Below are positions 51,159 to 61,543 of a stretch of DNA of 64,000 nucleotides, one piece after another. Positions within the stretch are counted from its first letter, which is position 1; each line of letters starts with the position of its first letter. Both the position numbers and the translations under genes were made by a program. Source of the stretch: an uncultured bacterium (GTDB lineage Bacteria; Patescibacteriota; JACMRA01); NCBI GenBank assembly GCA_963784355.1, contig CAWAQU010000009.1, positions 1-64,000 on the forward strand, read 5' to 3'. The notes beneath the pieces are model-generated. The model was not told the DNA's origin and ran no database searches. It saw nothing but the letters and a program-made list of their open reading frames with translations.

Positions 51159-51809
51159 ATGGCACACGTTAACTTATTAGTGAAAAATAGAACAATCATA
51201 GGTAATAAAGTAAAATCTATTAGGCGAGATAATATTATCCCTGCTGTAATATATGGTTTAAACGCAGAACCTAGAAATTTATCTATTGAAAAAGGCTTAT
51301 TCCGCAAAGTTTTCAAAGAAGCTGGTAAGACAAACGTAATCGACTTAACTCTCGATGATGATAAAACTAAGTTGGCTTGTATAATTCAAGATCTAGACAT
51401 ACATCCTGTTACTGGAGATATAAGACATGTTGACTTTTTAGCAGTTAATTTAAAGCAAAAAGTACACGCCTCAGTACCTGTAGTATATATTGGTGAATCA
51501 AAAGCAATAAAAGAATTAGGTGGTGTATTAAACACAACTGTGAGTGAATTAGAAGTTCATGCTTTACCAGATGAAATCCCTTCAGAAATTGAAATTGATA
51601 TTTCAAAAATCGAAAACTTTAATGATATAATTAAAGTTCAAGATCTCGGTATTAATGCGAAGTACGAAATTGATGCTGACCCAGAATTACTACTAGTTTC
51701 AGTTACTGCACCTTCCGGTGAAGATGATGGTAAAGGAAGTGATGATGTAGTACCAGCTGAAGTAATAGCTGAAACTCCTACCCCAGATACTAATAACGAT
51801 AATAAATAA
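51159..51809 (+). CDS. rplY: 50S ribosomal protein L25/Ctc
   Basis: IPAVIYG, HPVTGDIRHVDF, ALPDEIP. Confidence 0.95.
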   Translation: MAHVNLLVKNRTIIGNKVKSIRRDNIIPAVIYGLNAEPRNLSIEKGLFRKVFKEAGKTNVIDLTLDDDKTKLACIIQDLDIHPVTGDIRHVDFLAVNLKQKVHASVPVVYIGESKAIKELGGVLNTTVSELEVHALPDEIPSEIEIDISKIENFNDIIKVQDLGINAKYEIDADPELLLVSVTAPSGEDDGKGSDDVVPAEVIAETPTPDTNNDNK

Positions 51810-51814
51810 CTTAT

Positions 51815-52240
51815 ATGATTAACTTATCTAATTTACCAAAAACCATATTCCAAACCAAGAAAAGAGTTGGTAGAGGTGAAGGTTCCAATAGAGGTAAAAA
51901 CTCTGGTAAAGGACACAAAGGTCAAAACAAGCATGGTCAAGGCGTGAGAATTGGCTTTGAAGGAGGGCAGAAAACCTTACTTAGAAGAACACCTAAGTTT
52001 AGAGGTTTCAAAGCAATGGATAGAAAGAACAAAGCTGAAATAAATTTGGGAGTTTTAGATAAATTTTTTGCTGAAAATGAAGTTGTTTCTTTGCTAACTT
52101 TACAATCAAAAGGGGTTGTAAATCAGTTTATAAAAAAAGTTAGAGTTATAAACACAGGTACATTAAACAAAGTTTTACAATTTGAAGAAGGGGGCAATTT
52201 ATATTTGACAAAAGGAGTAAAGTCAGTACTTAATAAGTAA
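51815..52240 (+). CDS. rplO: 50S ribosomal protein L15
   Basis: RVGRGEGS.RGK.SGKGHKGQ, FEGGQ. Confidence 0.96.
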   Translation: MINLSNLPKTIFQTKKRVGRGEGSNRGKNSGKGHKGQNKHGQGVRIGFEGGQKTLLRRTPKFRGFKAMDRKNKAEINLGVLDKFFAENEVVSLLTLQSKGVVNQFIKKVRVINTGTLNKVLQFEEGGNLYLTKGVKSVLNK

Positions 52241-52272
52241 ATGGCTTCAGCGGTATTTAATCATACTGCCAA

Positions 52273-52349
52273 GGGTGTGTAGCTCAGTTGGTTAGAGCAC
52301 TTCACTGATAATGAAGAGGTCGGAGGTTCGAGTCCTCCCACACCCACCA
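52273..52349 (+). tRNA. tRNA-Ile(GAT)
   Basis: anticodon arm cttca-ct GAT aa-tgaag, GGTTCGAGTCC, CCA end. Confidence 0.96.
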
Positions 52350-52399
52350 CACACTCAAAACAAAAACAGAACCAACCTTTCAATTCTATACTATTACAT

Positions 52400-53347
52400 A
52401 TGATCTTAAACTACAGCTTAGCTCAGCCAACATTAAAAACTAGCTTGAAATCTGAAAGTGATACAAAGCACACACTAGTAGTCGAGCCATTACTACCTGG
52501 TTATGGCTATACACTTGGTAATACTATTAGAAGGGTATTACTTTCATCTATTCCTGGTTCAGCCGTAACACGTATTAGAATAAACGAAATAGCACACGAA
52601 TATCAGCCAATTGATGGAGTTGTTGAGGATGCTTTAGATGTAGTCTTAAACTTAAAACAAATTAGATGTAAAATTCTAACAAATGATGATAAAGTTATTC
52701 TTACTTTAAACAAAAATAAGGGAGGAGAAGTTACAGCAGCAGATTTTGCTAAGAATCCTAAAGTAGAGTTAGTAAATCCTGACGCTTATATTTGTTATTT
52801 GAATGATTCTAGTAAGCTTGAGGTTGAAATTGAAATAAGCAGAGGCATAGGTTATTTGTCTATAGAAGAAATTAATTTAGCAGATAATACAAATCCTCAA
52901 GATATCTATATTGATGCATCATTTAATCCTGTTACTAACGTAGCTTTGAATGTTGAGCAGGTACGTGTTGGAGAAAAAACTAATTACGATAAGTTGGAAA
53001 TTACTTTTGAAACTGATAAAAGTATTGAGGCTCAAGAAGTGGTAGATTTTGTATTTAGTAATTTGATTGATTTATTTAATAAAATCTTATCAGGTTTGCA
53101 ATCTTCAACCGACAATCAAGCATTTGTAAAATCTCACTCAACTACAACACCTAGTGATACTCAAGAAGTAGTAAATACTATAAATGAAGAGATAAATCTG
53201 CCTGCTAGAATAAAAAGTATTTTAGAAAAGAATGGAATTACTACTAATTCTGAATTAACTAGTAGAGTATCAGAAGTAGAAAGTTTCGCAGGAATCACAG
53301 AAAAGTCTTTTTCAACAATTCAGGACTATATTAAAACTATTTCTTAA
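52400..53347 (+). CDS. rpoA: RNA polymerase subunit alpha
   Basis: EPLLPGYGYTLGNTIRRVLLSS, GVVED, IDASFNPV, YDKL. Confidence 0.97.
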   Translation: MILNYSLAQPTLKTSLKSESDTKHTLVVEPLLPGYGYTLGNTIRRVLLSSIPGSAVTRIRINEIAHEYQPIDGVVEDALDVVLNLKQIRCKILTNDDKVILTLNKNKGGEVTAADFAKNPKVELVNPDAYICYLNDSSKLEVEIEISRGIGYLSIEEINLADNTNPQDIYIDASFNPVTNVALNVEQVRVGEKTNYDKLEITFETDKSIEAQEVVDFVFSNLIDLFNKILSGLQSSTDNQAFVKSHSTTTPSDTQEVVNTINEEINLPARIKSILEKNGITTNSELTSRVSEVESFAGITEKSFSTIQDYIKTIS

Positions 53348-53352
53348 ATATT

Positions 53353-53784
53353 ATGTCACAAGTAGATTGGTCAAAGCTAGGTGATATAAAGTACTGGCTT
53401 GAAGGTATTGCTGGTGGAGTTTCTATAACTCCGGTAATTGAAAAAGGTAGTTTCTTTTTCTGGTTCTTTTTATATCTATTTTCAATACTACTTTTTTTAG
53501 GTATAGCACTTAGAGTAGCTCAAGCATTTTTACATCCCAATCACCCATTTCAAAATAAATTTCCTTTTTGGGGCAACAACTTCATCTGGATGGGTTTATT
53601 AGGCTTTTTTTGGTTTACCTTAAGAGAAGTGAGTGTAGCTTTCTTAGGGGCTAGAATATGGCTTTTAGTAGGACTAGTTTGGTTTTTAACTATTATTGCT
53701 TTCATTATAAGATATTTTATCGTATTCTTCCCTCTTGAAAATCAGTTTTACATAAAAACATATAAGTCACCTTTGCAAAAATAG
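53353..53784 (+). CDS. Hypothetical 3-TM membrane protein
   Basis: three hydrophobic helices, LRE..V.FLGARIW; 5 bp after rpoA. Confidence 0.75.
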   Translation: MSQVDWSKLGDIKYWLEGIAGGVSITPVIEKGSFFFWFFLYLFSILLFLGIALRVAQAFLHPNHPFQNKFPFWGNNFIWMGLLGFFWFTLREVSVAFLGARIWLLVGLVWFLTIIAFIIRYFIVFFPLENQFYIKTYKSPLQK

Positions 53785-54040
53785 TTAGGATTAGGTAGAT
53801 AAGCTATTAAATTTAGCATAACTTAACTTTAAAAGGTAGTGTATTTGATATTTGATGTATAAGATCAAAACTGTTTAATTCTGGCTCACAAATGCTTTTA
53901 GGGCCTTTTAATATTACATCTACTGCTTGCTTTAACGTTTATTCTACGGGTATGAAGTACCTCTGTAATATAAAATAACAAAACAATTTTATCTTCAGGC
54001 AAAAAGACACCTAATTCTATAAATTTATATAATGACCTTT

Positions 54041-55159
54041 TTAACTTTTGGTGATTAAGTTTTGCCAGAGATTGTACATTTGATCTTTTACTTCAGGTAT
54101 AACCTGCTTTTCTTGCTCTTCCTGTTTAAAATCTTCTATTACTTTTTCATAAGCAAGTATATACTGTTTAGCCATATTGCGATAGTTGAACAACATTCTA
54201 GCTCGACTAGATATATATCGCCTATCCATTGCAAAGCATTTCTGAATTTGATGATAGCCTTCTATAAAATCTTCAACTAAAATCCCTGTTCTTTCTTCTT
54301 CAATCAGTTCAGGCATTGAGCCTCTATTTAAAGCTAGTGTGGGCGTTCCACAATAAGCAGACTCCAATACACTCAAGCCAAAAGGTTCGCGGAAACCGGT
54401 AGGGTGCAGGTTACACTTAGCCTTACTCAAAAGTTCAATCTTTTCTTCCATACCAACTTCACCAATAAATTCCACAAGTGGATGGTTTTCATACTGTAAA
54501 CACTCTTCTTTGTAATAATCCGAGCCACCAAAGTCAATTTTACCTGCCAATTTAATTTTCATTCCTAAATTGATTGCTAGTTGGATTGCTAAGTGCGGTT
54601 GCTTTTCCCTATCAAACCTTCCCAGAAAACACAGGTAGTCTTCAGGTTGTGCGTTGAATAAAAAAGGCTGCGGATCTAAGCCATTATAGGCTACACCGAC
54701 ATATTGCAAGTCGGGAAAAGCTTCTTGTTGGTTTTTTGAGATTGAGGCATAGTACAAGCCTTTTCTTTCTTGAAAGTAATTTAAATTAGAAAAATCAATA
54801 GGCCCATGTATTGTAGTTAGGTTAGGAAAGTCCTGAAATTCTAATAAATCTAAACCATGTGAATGAATAATATCAAATTTATCTAGGCTATGTCTCAACT
54901 CTGTTTTAGTCACTTCTATAGCCGCCTGTCTTAATGGATCTAATTTTTTATCTTCCTCTCTATCTTTTAAGTAGGGTATTGCTTTATCACAAATAGGGAA
55001 AACTTTACAGTTAACTTCCGAATCAGCAGTAGCAAAGAGAGTTACTTCATGTCCCAATTCAACAAGCCCCTTAACTAAAAAATATATTACTCTCTCAGTG
55101 CCACCGTATTTCTTTGGAGGAACCGGCAAATATGGCAAAGAGATTATTGCTATTTTCAT
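54041..55159 (-). CDS. GT4 family glycosyltransferase
   Basis: VPPKKYGGTER, LGR..EK, REPFGLSVLES. Confidence 0.92.
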   Translation of the reverse strand: MKIAIISLPYLPVPPKKYGGTERVIYFLVKGLVELGHEVTLFATADSEVNCKVFPICDKAIPYLKDREEDKKLDPLRQAAIEVTKTELRHSLDKFDIIHSHGLDLLEFQDFPNLTTIHGPIDFSNLNYFQERKGLYYASISKNQQEAFPDLQYVGVAYNGLDPQPFLFNAQPEDYLCFLGRFDREKQPHLAIQLAINLGMKIKLAGKIDFGGSDYYKEECLQYENHPLVEFIGEVGMEEKIELLSKAKCNLHPTGFREPFGLSVLESAYCGTPTLALNRGSMPELIEEERTGILVEDFIEGYHQIQKCFAMDRRYISSRARMLFNYRNMAKQYILAYEKVIEDFKQEEQEKQVIPEVKDQMYNLWQNLITKS

Positions 55160-55308
55160 ATTTAATTTTTGTATTCTATCAATAAAACTACCTTTTATGG
55201 TTGCTTTATATAGCTAATTAATACACTATTACTAGCTTATTGTCAAGAATATTGACTTTATTTGTAAAGTGGGTAATGTTTCCAAAAAATATAAAAACTA
55301 TTCTAATT

Positions 55309-55896
55309 ATGAAAAATACACCATTAACAATTCTAATAATAGGCTTAACTTTTGTAAGTATATTGGTAGCTTTTAATAATCCTGGTACGCAAAAAGAGTT
55401 AATTAATTATTTAGGACTTGAAAATACAAATACCCCTACACAAAGTAAGGCTAAAGTTGCTGGAGCAAAAATTGAAAGAGGCAAAGTCCAAAAAGTTACT
55501 GATGGAGATACTATCACTCTTGATACGGGTAGGACAGTAAGATATTTAAATGTTGATACACCCGAAACTAAAAAACCTGGCACTGCAGTACAATGCTACG
55601 GCCCTGAGGCAAGCAAATTTAATAAAGAACTAGTAGATGGAAAAGAGGTTTTGTTGGTTTCTGATAAAGAATCTGAGGATAGGTATGGTAGAGATTTACG
55701 CTTTGTATTTTTAAGTGACCAAAATACAGACAATATGGAAAATAGTGTAAACGCTAAACTTGTTAAATTAGGATATGCAAGAAGTATTTCATATAAGCCA
55801 AACACAACTTACACTAAATTTTTTGATGAATTAGCTGCTAAGCCTAAAGAACAAAAAATCGGCGTCTGGAGCTGTCCTAGCCCTTTTGAACAGTAG
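55309..55896 (+). CDS. Thermonuclease (SNase) family protein
   Basis: N-terminal TM, DGDT, VRYLNVDTPE, DRYGR; probable ATG at 55309. Confidence 0.92.
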   Translation: MKNTPLTILIIGLTFVSILVAFNNPGTQKELINYLGLENTNTPTQSKAKVAGAKIERGKVQKVTDGDTITLDTGRTVRYLNVDTPETKKPGTAVQCYGPEASKFNKELVDGKEVLLVSDKESEDRYGRDLRFVFLSDQNTDNMENSVNAKLVKLGYARSISYKPNTTYTKFFDELAAKPKEQKIGVWSCPSPFEQ

Positions 55897-57862
55897 TTTT
55901 CGTATACACATTGGTTACATCCTTAACCAGCTCGTTAAACTCCTCATATTCTAGAACTTCTTTCTCAATTAAAGTGCCGGCAATTTTATCTAAATACTGT
56001 CTGTAAGTAACAATAATATCCTTACAAGTAAGATAACAATGATTTAGAATCTTTTTAAGTTCCTGATCAATTATTTTAGCAGAGTCTTCACTATAATGTT
56101 TGGATTCAATCATGTCCTTACCTAAGAAAGTCATTCCTTTATTCTCGTCAAAGGAAATTGGACCTAATTCACTCATTCCATATTTTGCAACCATATTTCT
56201 GGCTATTTCAGTAGCTTTAGCCAAGTCATTTGAAGCTCCTGTGCTAACTTCACCAAAAACAGTTTCCTCAACCACGTAGCCACCAAACAAAGAGGTAATA
56301 TCAGCTAAGAATTCACTCTTAGTTCTTGTAATAGCATCATTTTCTCCGTCAGCTGCAAAAGTGTATCCAGCCGCTCGACCTCTTGGTATAATAGTTACCT
56401 TTTGAACTTTATTGGACTTAGGCATTACTGTTTGTACTAGAGCATGTCCAGCTTCATGATAAGCGGTCAATTTCTTCTGTTCCTCAGTAATTACTTTACT
56501 CTTTAACGAAGGGCCTAATATTACTTTTTCAATTGCCTCTCGTAAGATCTCATTATTAATTTCAGGTAATTTTTCTCTAACAGTTAAAATCGCAGCTTCA
56601 TTAAGTACATTCATTAAATCTGCAGCTGAAAATCCTGCTGTTCTTTTAGCTACTATAGATAGGTCAATATCTTTGGCCAATTTTTTATTTCTAGCATGTA
56701 CTTTCAAAATTTGCTCTCTTTCTTTTCTATCTGGAGCAGTCACGGTAACCTGCCTATCAAACCTACCCGGTCTTAACAAAGCAGGGTCCAAAACATCTGG
56801 TCTGTTGGTGGCACCGATTACAATTATATAGGTGTTTGGCTCAAAACCATCCATCTCTACCAAAATTTGGTTTAATGTTTGCTCTCTTTCGTCATTTCCA
56901 CCACCCAATCCAGTGCCTCTTTGTCTTCCTACAGCATCAATTTCATCAATAAAGATTACACATGGTGACTTCTTCTTGGCTTTTTTAAACAAATCTCTTA
57001 CCCTACCCGCACCTACTCCTACAAACATTTCTACAAATTCAGATCCAGATACGTACATAAATGGTACATTAGCCTCTCCTGCAATAGCTCTAGCCATCAA
57101 AGTTTTACCATTTCCAGGCGAGCCTACAAGTAAGACACCCTTTGGAATTTTAGCTCCCATTTTTTGGTAATCTTCAGGTCTTTTTAGAAAATCCACTACT
57201 TCATTTAATTCCTGCTTAGCTTCTTCATTACCTGCTACATCTGCAAAAGTAACTTTTTCCTTATTATCTAGATCATCATAAGATCTTGCCTTGCTACTTC
57301 CGAAAGAGATTGTACGATTATTTGTATCGCTAATTCTTCTTATTAAATAAGCACCTGCAATTAAGATCAAAGAAATGATTACTAAGTTTTGTACTAAACC
57401 GTTATTCAGAAAATCCACATACCAAGGTTTTACTCTAGCACTTAAAATAACTTTACCGGGCTCATTTCCGATTTCTAGCTTGTTATCTGAACCTACAGCT
57501 GTATTTATATCTTCTACCAGAGAATTTTTTCCCTCAGTGCTGATATTGGTATACACTCTAGTTTCTGTGTTAGACCTATTCTGGGACTCATCTTTATATA
57601 TTTTACCGTAAAGCTTGTCCTTGTTCTCAGATATTTCAATTTCACTTACTTTTTTATTTCTAATTTCAGTTATTAACTCAGACCAATCCCTGGTTGTGTT
57701 TGATTGATTATCTAGTCCTTGAGTCAACATTACAATTCCTGCAATGGCAGCTAAACACAACACTAAGTATGCTAGATTATTCAGTATTTTTCGGTTTAGG
57801 TTCTTCGGATTATTATCAGGACCTTGATCAGGATTTTGGTTGTTGTCTTTATTAGTATTCAT
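55877..57862 (-). CDS. ftsH: ATP-dependent zinc metalloprotease FtsH
   Basis: 2 [25 protein letters not shown]. Confidence 0.98.
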   Translation of the reverse strand: MNTNKDNNQNPDQGPDNNPKNLNRKILNNLAYLVLCLAAIAGIVMLTQGLDNQSNTTRDWSELITEIRNKKVSEIEISENKDKLYGKIYKDESQNRSNTETRVYTNISTEGKNSLVEDINTAVGSDNKLEIGNEPGKVILSARVKPWYVDFLNNGLVQNLVIISLILIAGAYLIRRISDTNNRTISFGSSKARSYDDLDNKEKVTFADVAGNEEAKQELNEVVDFLKRPEDYQKMGAKIPKGVLLVGSPGNGKTLMARAIAGEANVPFMYVSGSEFVEMFVGVGAGRVRDLFKKAKKKSPCVIFIDEIDAVGRQRGTGLGGGNDEREQTLNQILVEMDGFEPNTYIIVIGATNRPDVLDPALLRPGRFDRQVTVTAPDRKEREQILKVHARNKKLAKDIDLSIVAKRTAGFSAADLMNVLNEAAILTVREKLPEINNEILREAIEKVILGPSLKSKVITEEQKKLTAYHEAGHALVQTVMPKSNKVQKVTIIPRGRAAGYTFAADGENDAITRTKSEFLADITSLFGGYVVEETVFGEVSTGASNDLAKATEIARNMVAKYGMSELGPISFDENKGMTFLGKDMIESKHYSEDSAKIIDQELKKILNHCYLTCKDIIVTYRQYLDKIAGTLIEKEVLEYEEFNELVKDVTNVYTKTTVQKG

Positions 57863-57982
57863 AAACTAAAAATTGAAAGTAATTATTTAATTGTAATAAG
57901 TAGTTTTTTAGGGGAGTTTTGTCAAGATAATCTGAGCTATTGACATTTTTGTTCTTTTCCGTTAGTTTTTTATTTAAATAAT

Positions 57983-58056
57983 GCGGGTATGGTATAATGG
58001 TAGCACACGACCTTGCCATGGTTGAAACGGGGGTTCGATTCCCCCTACCCGCTCCA
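57983..58056 (+). tRNA. tRNA-Gly(GCC)
   Basis: acceptor gcgggta/tacccgc, anticodon arm cgacc-tt GCC at-ggttg, CCA end. Confidence 0.95.
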
Positions 58057-58071
58057 ACTTGTATACACCCA

Positions 58072-58515
58072 ATGTCAAAGGATACTTTAAAAATAATAAA
58101 CATACTGCATCTAATTTCTGAGGCTATAATAGTTGTATGTTACGTTGCAAGTATTTTACCTGGAGCTTACTTCGGGTTGTTCGCAGTTGTTATACCTCTT
58201 GTTATAGTCAATTTAGTCTTTGCTGTAATTAAAAAAGATACTACGTTAACTTATACACTAGTTAATTTAGCAATGAGTATATTAGCCTTTATTCCAATTC
58301 TTGGTTGGGGTGCAATTGCAATAGGTATTATAATGTCTGTGATGTCAATCCAGGTTATTATGAAAGAATTGCCTGAGGAAGTAAGTAAAGTGAAGGATGC
58401 AATTAACATCGTTGATGTTGAGGTGAAAAAGCAAACTAATAAAGAAACAAACAAAGCAGAAACCAAAAAAGAAGAAGTAAATTCTGAAACTTCAGATAAC
58501 ACTAACAATAAATAA
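58072..58515 (+). CDS. Hypothetical 4-TM membrane protein
   Basis: true start probably MSKDTLK just after tRNA-Gly; LAFIPILGW. Confidence 0.75.
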   Translation: MSKDTLKIINILHLISEAIIVVCYVASILPGAYFGLFAVVIPLVIVNLVFAVIKKDTTLTYTLVNLAMSILAFIPILGWGAIAIGIIMSVMSIQVIMKELPEEVSKVKDAINIVDVEVKKQTNKETNKAETKKEEVNSETSDNTNNK

Positions 58516-58537
58516 ATTTGATTTAATAACCACCTTT

Positions 58538-58810
58538 ATGCCAAATACTAAGTCTGCAAAGAAAGCCCTAACTGCATCTTTAAAAAAGAGAGATTACAAT
58601 CTTGAGAAAAAGTCTAAAATAAAAAATTCTTTGAAAGAATTAAGAAGAGTACTCTCAACCACACCTGATAATTTCCAAGAGGCATTATCTAAAGTATATT
58701 CTACCCTTGATAAAGCAGTAAAGACAAAGTTCATTAAAAAGAACAAAGCAGATAGAAAAAAAGCTAGAATGGCCGCTCTCGTTAAAAAAGTTTTAAATCC
58801 TTCTTCTTAA
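58538..58810 (+). CDS. rpsT: 30S ribosomal protein S20
   Basis: MPNTKSAKKA, LDKAVK..IKKNKADRKKAR. Confidence 0.96.
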   Translation: MPNTKSAKKALTASLKKRDYNLEKKSKIKNSLKELRRVLSTTPDNFQEALSKVYSTLDKAVKTKFIKKNKADRKKARMAALVKKVLNPSS

Positions 58811-58835
58811 GATCATTTTTTAATTTACCTTTCCT

Positions 58836-58856
58836 GTGGCTTTTGAGCCACTTTTT
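58836..58856 (+). terminator. Intrinsic terminator after rpsT
   Basis: GTGGCT-tttg-AGCCAC followed by T5. Confidence 0.7.
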
Positions 58857-59013
58857 CTTGTTTTAAAACTTAATTAAACTAATCAATATTTTGCTAGTGA
58901 TAGCAATAATTACCATTTTGTCCTTAAATTTCTAATACTAAAATGTTAGTACGATTAAAGAAATTCCGGTAAAATACAATTGACTAAAGTAAAATAGAAA
59001 GTAAAATTTAAGT

Positions 59014-60066
59014 ATGATTGTATCGTCACAAAATCAGACCAGTAAACCTAAGAAGGAGCCAAAAAAGAAGGAGCAAGACGAGATTTTAGAATTAAATCAA
59101 GAAGTACAGATACCCTCAGAATTAAGACCTCAGGAGCTTGCTCAGTACATAGGTCAGAAAAAGATGATATCCCAGTTAAAAATTATAATTGAATCCGGTA
59201 AAATTAGAGACACTCTGCCTGAGCACATCTTATTTTATGGGCCTCCCGGTCTTGGTAAAACTACAATTGCCAGCTTGATTGCTAGAGAGCTAAATGCTAA
59301 CTTTAAAATCATTGCTGCTCCCGGATTGCAAAAAACCGGAGATATGGTAAGTCTATTAGTCAATTTAGAGCCCAAAACAGTTTTGTTTATTGATGAGATA
59401 CACAGGCTTAAAGCCCCACTTGAAGAAACTCTCTATAGTGCTATGGAAGACGGGAAAGTAGATTTATTAATGGGTAAAGGGCAGGGTGCTTCTGTAGCCA
59501 GACTTGATTTAAGCGAATTTATTTTAGTTGGTGCAACCACACAGTTAGGTAAGCTGTCTAAGCCATTAAAAGATAGATTTCCTACTATTTTTCAGCTAGA
59601 GCCTTACCAGGAAAGAGAGATTTTAGAATTGTTAGACAGAAATACAGACATTATTAAATTGAATCTGGATACTGATGCAAAAATTTTCATCGCTCAGAGA
59701 TCAAGAGGTGTACCAAGAATTGCAAATAACATTTTAAAAAGGTTGAGAGATTATCAAATCGTAAAAAAATTAGTAAAGATTGGTCTTTTTGAAGCAAAGG
59801 CATTTTTGGAAGAACTTGGTATACATGACCTTGGACTCACAAAAGCTGATTTAAAATACATGCAAGCTCTATTAAGCGGTAGTGTTTCTTTAAAAACCTT
59901 GGGCGGGATATTATTAGAAGAGGTAGAGACAATAGAATTGGTTATTGAGCCATATTTGATTCACTTAGGGTTTATTGATAAATCTAGCGAAGGCAGAAGA
60001 TTGACGCTGAAAGGGAGGGATTATATTGAGAAGTACGTTAGAAACGGAAATTTAAAATTATTTTAG
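59014..60066 (+). CDS. ruvB: Holliday junction helicase RuvB
   Basis: LRPQ..YIGQ, GPPGLGKTT, FIDEIHRL, SRGVPRIAN. Confidence 0.97.
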   Translation: MIVSSQNQTSKPKKEPKKKEQDEILELNQEVQIPSELRPQELAQYIGQKKMISQLKIIIESGKIRDTLPEHILFYGPPGLGKTTIASLIARELNANFKIIAAPGLQKTGDMVSLLVNLEPKTVLFIDEIHRLKAPLEETLYSAMEDGKVDLLMGKGQGASVARLDLSEFILVGATTQLGKLSKPLKDRFPTIFQLEPYQEREILELLDRNTDIIKLNLDTDAKIFIAQRSRGVPRIANNILKRLRDYQIVKKLVKIGLFEAKAFLEELGIHDLGLTKADLKYMQALLSGSVSLKTLGGILLEEVETIELVIEPYLIHLGFIDKSSEGRRLTLKGRDYIEKYVRNGNLKLF

Positions 60067-60159
60067 ACTCCAGGTAGCTAGTGTTTAGTAATTATTGCAC
60101 AATAAAATCAGTACATATAGAATTTATTATCAAAAATATAAGTATTTGTTCTTAAAGTG

Positions 60160-60227
60160 GCTTGTATCAGACACCAAAGCAAACTTTGATCTTGTTATCT
60201 AGAATGAGGTATTGTGATTACTAATAA
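60160..60227 (+). repeat. Dispersed intergenic repeat, copy B (after ruvB)
   Basis: 21/22 and 17/18 nt blocks shared with the reverse complement of 40987-41066. Confidence 0.7.
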
Positions 60228-60303
60228 TCAGCTTGTTGCTGATTTAAAACTAAACTGTAGCTTGACAATTACTTAATTTATGTGTTTTGTATTAGATATT
60301 AAC

Positions 60304-60690
60304 ATGGCTATTACACGCAATAAAAAAGACTCATTAGTCGACGTTGCTCTTACTGCTGACAAAGTTTTAGGTGATGACAAAAAGTCTATTGGAAATAAAT
60401 TGGGTACCCAAATCAACAAACCTTATAAAGAGGCCAAAAAACCCGGATTTATTAAAACTACAATTGAAGAGTTGAGAAAAGTAAATTGGCCTGGACTTAG
60501 CTATGTTTTACGCTGGTCTAGTATAATTATTTTATTTACTGTTTTAGTTTCACTTAGTTTAGGACTATTTGATCACATATTTACAGGTGGCATGAAATTT
60601 GTTGATTGCACAAGCCCTTCAGGCCGTAAACAGACTGTTCAAAGCTGTGGCCAAGAACTATCCGAATATCTAACTTTTAGAAGATCTTAA
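60304..60690 (+). CDS. secE: Preprotein translocase subunit SecE
   Basis: EELRKVNWP followed by TM ending LGLFD; directly upstream of nusG. Confidence 0.92.
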   Translation: MAITRNKKDSLVDVALTADKVLGDDKKSIGNKLGTQINKPYKEAKKPGFIKTTIEELRKVNWPGLSYVLRWSSIIILFTVLVSLSLGLFDHIFTGGMKFVDCTSPSGRKQTVQSCGQELSEYLTFRRS

Positions 60691-60691
60691 T

Positions 60692-61285
60692 ATGGCAGTA
60701 AAAACAGTTCAAAACGAGGAATCAATTGGAAAAGACTTACAGACTAGATGGTATATTTTACAAACCTATGTGGGCTTTGAAGATGCTGTAAAAAGAGCTC
60801 TTGAGTTAAAGATGCAAAATGTACCTGGCTTATCTGATAAAATTGTAGAAATCTTTATACCTACAAAAAAAGTGTTGAAGTTGGATCGTAAAGGTGAAAG
60901 ACAGGAGAAATTTCAAAAAGTGTATCCTGGATATATCTATCTGCACATGTTATTGGATAAAGAAACTGGATATGTTATTCAAAATACTCAATATGTTTCA
61001 CGCATAGCAGGTACAGGAGACTTTGCTGTGCCATTAGAGCATGGTTACGTAGAAAGATTGAAAGAGCAGCTTTTGAAAGACAATGAAGATGCACAAACAG
61101 TTACCAAAGTAGACTATAAAGTAGGAGATTTAGTAGAGGTAACTGAAGGACCTTTTAGAGATATGCGTGGTAAAGTTAGTGGACTTGATCCTCAAAACTC
61201 CAGAATTATTGTTTTATTAACTATTTTTGATAGAGAAACCAGTGTGGAATTAGATATTCTTGAAATTAGAAAAGTGATTTCCTAA
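60692..61285 (+). CDS. nusG: Transcription factor NusG
   Basis: WYILQTYVGFE, YPGYI, EGPF, IFDRET. Confidence 0.96.
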   Translation: MAVKTVQNEESIGKDLQTRWYILQTYVGFEDAVKRALELKMQNVPGLSDKIVEIFIPTKKVLKLDRKGERQEKFQKVYPGYIYLHMLLDKETGYVIQNTQYVSRIAGTGDFAVPLEHGYVERLKEQLLKDNEDAQTVTKVDYKVGDLVEVTEGPFRDMRGKVSGLDPQNSRIIVLLTIFDRETSVELDILEIRKVIS

Positions 61286-61310
61286 AATTATACCATTCTA
61301 GTTAAATTTT

Positions 61311-61338
61311 GCCCTCTTTTGAGGGTTTGTTTATTTTT
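61311..61338 (+). terminator. Intrinsic terminator after nusG
   Basis: GCCCTC-tttt-GAGGGT followed by a T-rich tract. Confidence 0.6.
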
Positions 61339-61543
61339 AAATTAAGGTTTGCGTAATATCTAAGACTAATGTGAAACACGTGTTTGGAAAATTTGTTTAC
61401 CAGTAAGCGTATTAGTTTGATTCAAATATACTCGAATATAAATTGTAAAGTCCACACCTATTTTGCTTGTTATGACTTCTTTAATGATAACTAAGCATCT
61501 AAACTTACTTTACAGCTTTATTAAAAACCTTTATAGAAAAAAT

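Noticed and set aside
50548-51815. Absence of rpmD (L30) and the short EF-Ts as novelties
   Set aside because: L30 loss is an established CPR trait and short EF-Ts forms are known in several phyla.
53790-54040. Possible gene remnant between convergent genes
   Set aside because: Only short frames without a recognisable motif.
57852-58103. 83-aa minus ORF and the N-terminal extension of 57997-58515
   Set aside because: Both are translations through tRNA-Gly. Unlike the tRNA-Gln case there is no recombinase or repeat nearby.
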